Shown: positions 57,601 through 64,000 of the stretch, one piece after another
Layout: each line of letters begins with the position of its first letter
Numbering within the stretch: the first letter of the stretch is position 1
From: Eledone cirrhosa
Taxonomy: Eukaryota
Assembly (NCBI GenBank): GCA_964016885.1
Contig: OZ024742.1
Coordinates: 186,496,001-186,560,000 of the forward strand
Reading direction: 5' to 3'
Length of the DNA stretch: 64,000 nucleotides
Made by a program: the position numbers and the translations under genes
The notes under the pieces: generated by a model
The model's input: the letters and a program-made list of their open reading frames with translations, nothing else
Database searches by the model: none
What the model was told of the DNA's origin: nothing

Positions 57601-60335
57601 GTGTTGTATGATGGTGGTGTTGTATGATGGTGTTGTATGGTGGTGTTGTATGGTGGTGTTGAATGGTGGTGTTGTATGGTGGTGTCGAATGGTGGTGTTG
57701 TATGGTTGTGTTGTAGGGTGGTGTTCTATGGTGGTGTGGTATGGTGGTGTTGTGTGATGGTGTTGTATGGTGGTGTTGTATGGTGGTGTTGTATGATTGT
57801 TGTATGGTGGTGTTGTCTGGAGGTGTTGTATGGTGGTGTTGTATGGTGGTGTTGTATGATGGTGTTGTATGGTGGTGTTGTATGATTGTTGTATGGTGGT
57901 GTTGTATGGTGGTGTTGTATGGTGGTGTTGTATGGTGGTGTTGTATGGTGGTGTTGTATGGTGGTGGTGTATGGTGGTGTTGTATGGTGGTGTTGTATGT
58001 TAGTGTTGTATGGTGGTGTAGTATGTTGTTGTATGGTGGTGTTGTATGGTGGTGTTGTATGGTGGTGTTGTATGGTGGTGTTGTATGGTGGTGTTGTGTG
58101 ATGGTGTTGTATGGTGGTGTTGTATGGTGCTGTTGTATGGTGGTGGTGTATTGTGGTGTTGTATGGTGCTGTTGTATGATTCTGTTGTATAGTGGTTTGT
58201 ATGGTTGTGTTGTATTTTGGTGGTGTATGGTGGTGTTGCATTATTGTTGTGTGGTGGTGTTGTATGATGGTGTTGTATGGTGGTGTTGTATGGTGGTGTT
58301 GTATGGTGGTGTTGTATGGTGGTGTTTTATGGTAGTGTTTTATGGTGATGTTGTATGGTGGCGTTTATGGTGCTGTTGTATGGTGGTGTTGTATAGTGGT
58401 GTTGTATGGTGGTATTGTATGGTGGTGGTGTATGGTGGTGGTGTATGGTGGTGTTGTATGGTGGTGTTGTATGGTGCTGTTGTATGAAGGTGTTGTATGG
58501 TGGTGGTGTATGGTGGTGTTGTATTATGGTGTTGTATAGCGGTGTTGTATGATGGTGTTGTGTGGTGGTGTTGTATGGTGTTGTTGTATGGTGGTGTTGT
58601 ATGGTGGTGTTGTATGATGGTGGTGTATGGTGGTGTTGTATGTGGTGTTGTATGGTGGTGTTGTATGGTGGTGTTGAATGGTGGTGTTGTATGGTGGTGT
58701 CGAATGGTGGTGTTGTATGGTCGTGTTGTATGGTGGTGGTGTATGGTGGTGTTGTATGGTGGTGTTGTATGTTGGTGTTATAGGGTGGTGTAGTATGTTG
58801 TTGTATGGTGGTGTTGTATGATGGTGTTGTATGGTGGTGTTGTGTGATGATGTTGTATGGTGGTGTTGTATGGTGGTGTTGTATTGTGGTGTTGTATGGT
58901 GGTGTTGTGTGATGGTGTTGTATGGTGGTGTTGTATGGTGCTGTTGTATGGTGGTTGTGTATGGTGTTGTTGTATGGTGCTGTTGTATGGTGGTGGTGTG
59001 TGGTGGTGTTGTATGGTGCTGTTGTATGATGGTGTTGTATAGTGGTGTTGTATGGTGGTGTTGTATGGTGGTGGTGTATGGTGGTGTATGGTGCTGTTGT
59101 ATGATGGTGTTGTATAGTGGTGTTGTATGGTGGTGTTGTATGGTGGTGGTGTATGGTGGTGTTGCATTATTGTTGTGTGGTGGTGTTGTATGATGGTGTT
59201 GTATGGTGGTGTTGTATGTTTGTGTTGTATGGTGGTGTTGTATGATGGTGTTGTATGATGGTGTTGTATGGCGGTGTTGTATGATGGTGTTGTATGGTGG
59301 TGTTGCATTATTGTTGTGTGGTGGTGTTGTATGATGGTGTTGTATGGTGGTGTAGTATGTTGTTGTATGGTGGTGTTGTATGGTGGTGTTTTATGGTGGT
59401 GTTGTGTGATGGTGTTGTATGGTGGTGTTGTATGGTGGTGTTGTATGGTGGTGTTGTATGGTGGTGTTGTATGGTGGTGTTCTGTGATGGTGTTGTATGG
59501 TGGTGTTGTGTGGTGCTGTTGTATGGCGGTGTTGTATGATGGTGTTGTGTTGTGGTGTTGTATGGTGGTGTTGTATGGTGGTGTTATATGGTAGTGTTGT
59601 ATGGTGGTGTTGTATGGTGGTGTTGTATGGTGGCGTTGTATGGCGGTGGTGTATGGTGGTGATGTAGGGCGGTGTTGTATGGTGGTGTTGTATGGTGGTG
59701 GTGTATGGTGGTGTTGTATGGTGGTGTTGTATGGTGGTATTGTATGGCGGTGGTGTATGGTGGTGATGTATGGCGGTGTTGTATGGTGGTGTTGTATGGT
59801 GATGGTGTATGGTGGTGTTGTATGGTGGTGTTGTATAGTGGTGTTGTATAGTGGTGTTGTATAGTGGTGTTGTATTGTGGTATTTTATGGTGGTGTTGTA
59901 TTGTGGTATTGTATGATGGTGTTGTATGGTGGTGTTGTATGGTGGTGTTGTATGGTGGCGTTGTATTGTGGTGTTGTATGATGCTGTTGTATGGTGGTGT
60001 TGTATGGTGGTGTTGTATGATGGTGTTGTACCGTAGTGTTGTATGGTGGTGTTGTATGATGGTGTTGTATGGTGTTGTTGTATGATGGTGTTGTATGGTG
60101 GTGTTGTATGGAGGTTTTTGTATGGTGGTGTTGTATGGGGGTGTTGTATGATGGTGTTGTATGGTGGTTTTGTATGATGATGTATGATCGTTTTGTATGA
60201 TGATGTTGTATGATCGTTTTGTATGGTGTGTTGTATGATGGTTTTGTATGGTCGTGTTGTATGATGGTGTTGTATGATGGTGTTGTATCGTGGTGTTGTA
60301 TGGAGGTGTTGTATGGTGGTGTTGTGTGGTGGTAT
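54662..60335 (+). repeat. 13-bp satellite (GGTGGTGTTGTAT)n, about 5.7 kb
   Basis: Continuous head-to-tail 13-mers with point variants. The marker GTGTGAATGTG recurs at 55471, 56196 and 56898. The array degenerates towards the right end. Confidence 0.97.
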
Positions 60336-60962
60336 ATGGGGTTGATCAGTGAATATCGTGTGGTGGGTTGGTTTCAGTGTTTTCTGACCCAAGTCCAGTC
60401 GGTTTTCATGGCTGCTGTACTTGACACAATCCTGTCTGTATATCAAAATAGATATTTCTTCATTGTAATATAACATCTTTGTCAGCCATGACTAATAAAG
60501 AAAACTGGAAGTATTATCAAGATGACAGGTGCAGGAATAAAACGTGAAAAGAAAGTAATTTCAAAGGTATAAATCATTTTACCAACAACTGAGCAACAAC
60601 TAATAATAAAGAGTCAAGGACAAACAGTTTTTTATATAAAAAACGCCTGTGTAAACATAAACACAATTGTTAACGCCAGAGATATTCTAAAATATGAAAA
60701 TGTTATATTTGTATAAACACAGATGGGTAACAGAGTCTGCAACACTGCGTATATAAATACAGAGTGTGTAACCGAGATTGCAATAATGTATATATAAACA
60801 CAGATGGGTAACAGAGTCTGCAATAATGTGTATATATATACAGTGTGTGTAACCGAGACTGCAATAATGTGTATATAAATACAGAGTGTGTAACCCAGAC
60901 TGCAATAATGTGTATATATATATATATATATACAGAGTGTGTAACCGAGAATGCAGTAATGA

Positions 60963-61002
<40 letters not shown>

Positions 61003-61004
<2 letters not shown>

Positions 61005-61266
61005 AGGGCGGGTAAAATTCTCGAGATCCATGGACGAGTTCTCTCCAGCAGTCTCTGTCCCTCATTATCGCTGCCATGTCCTGCGTCTCCAACAGACCAG
61101 TGTCTGTCCTTAGGGCATCAACATACGTTAACTTTGGTCTTCCTCTTCCAGTGTGTCGATTTAGGGGCTCCCATAGGAGCACTGAGTGCAATGTCAACTC
61201 TAGATGTCGGTGAGCATGTCCAGCTAACCTCAGTCTCCTCTGTGTCACTTTTGAGCTGACTTTTGG
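61003..61266 (-). mobile_element. 3'-terminal fragment of an RTE-group (RTE/RTEX-like) LINE
   Basis: Translation KVSSKVTQRRLRLAGHAHRH...LLWEP...GRGRPKLTYVDALRTDTG...MRDRDCWRELV matches the characteristic RTE-group ORF C-terminus (RLxxxGH...GRP...DRxxWR). The stop is followed directly by (TA)n at about 60968-61002. Confidence 0.85.
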
Positions 61267-61364
61267 TTTTCATTGACTTTAGGAAGGCCTTTCATTCTGC
61301 GGACCGTCACTGCCTGATGAAGATTTTACAGGCTTATGGAATCCCCAAGAAGATAGTGGACCTT
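61263..61364 (+). mobile_element. LINE RT fragment (motif A region), inverted relative to the adjacent RTE 3' fragment
   Basis: LVFIDFRKAFHSADRHCLMKILQAYGIPKKIVDL matches the FIDFxKAFDS...L..YGIP signature of RTE-group RTs. It is followed by (TA)n from 61371. Confidence 0.85.
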
Positions 61365-61367
61365 GCA

Positions 61368-61417
<50 letters not shown>

Positions 61418-61431
61418 GTATTTATATACAC

Positions 61432-61467
<36 letters not shown>

Positions 61468-61713
61468 GTGTGTAACAGAGAGTGCAGCAATGTGTATATA
61501 AATACAGATGGGTAACAGAGTCTGCAACGATGTGTATATAATTATACGGTTATACATCTGTATATATATATATTGCTGCAGTCTCAGTTAAACATCTGTA
61601 TATATATATAATATATATATTGCTGCAGTCTCGATTACACACTCTGTATTTATATAAACATTGTTGCATTCCATCCAAGCCCGTCACTTCAATCTATCTA
61701 CTTTCTCATTCTT

Positions 61714-61749
61714 TCTTCTGATGAAGGACTGGCATCCGAGACGCTAGGA
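61714..61749 (+). ncRNA. Degenerate hammerhead-ribozyme-like motif
   Basis: CTGATGA, then A-GGA-CTGGCA-TCC (stem II), then GAGAC in place of GAAAC. Stem I pairing is poor, so it is likely non-functional. Confidence 0.3.
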
Positions 61750-61926
61750 CCCCCTTCCTGCTATATCAAGTATTAACCTAATATATCCCTTCCATATACT
61801 GTACCGATTGTGTTGTTATTTGTGTTTACTTTTTACAATATATATATCTAACGAAGGAGGTGTGGTAAGGAACCAGATGGACCATAACGCACCAGAGTAC
61901 TCAATACTTAGGTAGTAGAGCGGGTA

Positions 61927-62037
61927 ATAGGAAAATGTTTAACCCCGACGGCAGAGCTCAAGCCGTTTCGACGTCTATTTCTGAAATAGCCATCGAAACG
62001 GCTTGAGCTTTGCCGTCGGGGTTAAACATTTTCCTAT
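61927..62037. repeat. 111-bp near-perfect palindrome (55-bp arms, 1-nt centre at 61982)
   Basis: Left arm ATAGGAAAATGTTTAACCCCGACGGCAGAGCTCAAGCCGTTTCGACGTCTATTTC differs from the reverse complement of the right arm at 3 of 55 positions. Confidence 0.95.
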
Positions 62038-62130
62038 ATATATATATAGTAAAAAATTGAACGGGAACAAAACAGAGAGGCAGTACGAACAAAGGTTTAT
62101 TAGTTTCACGCTCTTGAGAGTGGGGTGGTG

Positions 62131-62245
<115 letters not shown>

Positions 62246-62325
62246 TAAATATACACGGGTGTGTATGATTGTGTATAGAAGATTATATTAATAAGAGGAA
62301 TTCCAACTTTGTCTGATTTACTCGT

Positions 62326-62331
62326 TTTATT
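62326..62331 (-). terminator. Putative polyadenylation signal AATAAA of the PLE
   Basis: AATAAA on the element strand, between the hammerhead and the terminal (TA)n. The context is AT-rich, so a chance occurrence is possible. Confidence 0.4.
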
Positions 62332-62407
62332 TACAATCCTTTAAAATACATATAATATGGTATTATAATGAAATAGTATGATAGAATATTAAATTCTAAG
62401 TGTTAAT

Positions 62408-62446
62408 TGAACAAGTACTTTCATGCTTTCGCAATCTTCAGGTTCA
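62408..62446 (-). ncRNA. Minimal type I hammerhead ribozyme
   Basis: Minus strand reads UGAAC-CUGAAGA-UUGC-GAAA-GCAU-GAAA-GUAC-UU-GUUCA. Stem I is UGAAC/GUUCA, both core boxes are intact, stem II is UGC/GCA with a GAAA tetraloop, the stem III region is the palindrome AAGUACUU, and the NUH triplet is CUU. Confidence 0.8.
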
Positions 62447-62479
62447 TGATATGTGGTGACAGTCGAGTTTGCAATTTTC

Positions 62480-62654
62480 AACTGTAATGAGATGGGTAAA
62501 TTTACTACCTTTTATACATTTTATACAGAGAAAAGTGGCTCCAGAATGCAAAGCCCTGTAAACTGTATTTCGACCAATCAGTGTGTAGTTTCACTGAATT
62601 ACTACAGCTGATTGGTTTAAGCGTCACGGCTGATTGAGCATGCTAACGACCAAT
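62480..62654 (-). promoter_or_regulatory. Putative pseudo-LTR Pol II promoter (CCAAT boxes, TATA, Inr-like)
   Basis: CCAAT at 62574-62578 (+), 62611-62615 (-) and 62650-62654 (+). TATAAAAG on the minus strand at 62509-62516, with an Inr-like CAGTT about 33 nt downstream (62480-62484). Confidence 0.5.
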
Positions 62655-62811
62655 AGTCATACCCAACGTATCAATTGTTTTGCTTTTTGAAATGATGAAA
62701 ATAGCATTTTCTATTAATCATCACCATCAACATCACTTTTATTATTATTATTATTGTTGTTGTTAGTGGTCGTGGTCATAGTGGTAGTAGAAGTAATACC
62801 CCTAGGCGTTA

Positions 62812-64000
62812 TTATTGTTCATTTAGCTTGGGTTTGAATTTATCAATAACATTCTTTTCTTTGATTTTTCTCTTGATTTCACTTGGGCTGTGTAATTTGT
62901 AGAATGGGAATATTATAAATATTCCCTGACCACATGTTGCCAGGTGGCCGCTTAGGGGTATCTGACGGACATTTGGGTCTCTGATTTGTTGACGGTGTAC
63001 CCGTGCACGTTCCGATAGTGCATTTCCAGTTTGACCGACATATAGTTTTTCACAATTCGGGCATTTAATGCAGTAAATTAGATTTCTGCTTTTGCAGTTC
63101 ATATTTGCATTTGGGAATATTTTTCCAGTTTTTGTTTTCATATATTGACCGGCGTGTATGGATTGACATGTGCCGCATCGATTATCATTGCATTTAGATA
63201 CAGTGAATGATTGGTATTTGTTGTTAAGGTCAAACTTTGCTTTTGTTAGCAATTGCTTCAAATTTTTTGGCTGTCTTTTACTAAGAGTCAAAGATCGATC
63301 TGTGATTAAGCCTTTTAATTCATTACTTTGAGCAATGATCGGTAGGTTTGCTTTGGCAGTGTTGAATATATTCTGGTGACATGGGTTGTGTGTCATTATA
63401 AATGGTATGACCAGTTCTTGGTTTCTTCTTCCTTGGGTTGTTCTAGGTTGTTGTATAGGTATTTTTATAGCCCGCTGTATGCCATTTTCTATAAGTAAAG
63501 ATGGGTAAAGATTGTTTGAGCAAAAATTCTCTTAGTTCTGTTAGGCGTTTGTACCTGGTATTCGTATCTTCTACAATGGTACAAATTCTTCTGGCTAGGC
63601 AGTATGGGATGTTGCGTTTTGTATGAGGTGGATGGCACGACTTAAAATTCAGATATTGATGGGTGTCTGTGTGTTTATAATATATATCCGTGGTAATGGT
63701 GGTGTCGTTTTTGATTATCATTATGTCTAGGAATGGTAATTTGGTCCTACTCATCTCTTTTGTGAATTGGAGAGATGGGTGTAGGTTATTCAGGAGGATA
63801 TTGAACTCATCCAGAGTATCTAGAGATTCTGTCCAGATGATGAAACAGTCGTCAAGGTATCTCTTCCAAGATTTTTCAATGTGCTTTCTAAAGTCAGTAC
63901 TATATTTTTCCTCTATTTCTTGGTAGAGTTGTTGTTCTAAGTATCCCATTACAGAGTTCGCGTAAACGGGAGTAAACTTCTTTCCCATCGCTGTGCCTCT
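62812..64000 (-). pseudogene. PLE RT + GIY-YIG endonuclease ORF with a single frameshift
   Basis: ORFs 63443-63988 and 62812-63396 join if one base is removed near 63508, giving ...FLLKQS/YPSLLIENGIQRAIKIPIQQPRTTQGRRNQELVIPFIMTHNP... No other stop is seen in the window. Confidence 0.88.

Larger units (their letters stand above)
60709..61670. repeat. 40-41-bp minisatellite with embedded (TA)n, interrupted by an RTE fragment and inverted at its right end
   Basis: Units ACAGA(TGG/GTGT)GTAAC(A/C)GAG(T/A)CTGCAATAATGTGTATATAAAT at about 60719, 60759, 60800, 60840, 60881, 60932, 61463 and 61504. Reverse-complement copies (TGCAGTCTCGATTACACACTCTGTA etc.) lie at about 61547-61670. Confidence 0.85.

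Noticed and set aside
54799-60085. Cys/Trp/Val-rich and His/Thr-rich ORFs on both strands
   Set aside because: These are translations of the 13-bp repeat. The period is not a multiple of 3 and the same peptide appears in all frames.
54662-60335. True telomeric repeat
   Set aside because: The array is internal, flanked by other sequence on both sides, degenerate with higher-order structure, and not a known animal telomere unit.

Overview
This window is repeat-dominated eukaryotic (animal) genomic DNA with no supportable host protein-coding gene. The abundant (TA)n/(GT)n microsatellites and the mix of retroelements resemble an invertebrate genome such as a mollusc, but that is inference only. 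From left to right: (1) a decayed L1/Tx1-type LINE (about 1-4390; ORF1 with a CCHC knuckle, ORF2 with APE endonuclease and RT), cut off by a 154-bp TA-bounded inverted-repeat element; (2) a roughly 45.9-kb array of a 43-bp G-rich satellite with nested higher-order repeats and distinct sequence strata; (3) CA-rich then TG-rich simple sequence; (4) an 84-bp AT-rich satellite joined directly to a 13-bp GGTGGTGTTGTAT satellite; (5) a 1.6-kb (TA)n-rich insertion hotspot with a fold-back 40-bp minisatellite, a head-to-head inverted RTE-group fragment, a 111-bp near-perfect palindrome and degenerate hammerhead-like motifs; (6) a nearly intact minus-strand Penelope-like element (RT plus C-terminal GIY-YIG) whose 3' region has CCAAT boxes, a TATA box, a minimal hammerhead ribozyme and AATAAA in order. 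The long ORFs in the satellites are artefacts of stop-free monomers. I found no convincing wholly new system. The best leads are the hammerhead/pseudo-LTR module, the palindrome that may derive from a hammerhead stem, the twin-priming-like RTE insertion and the layered satellite architecture.
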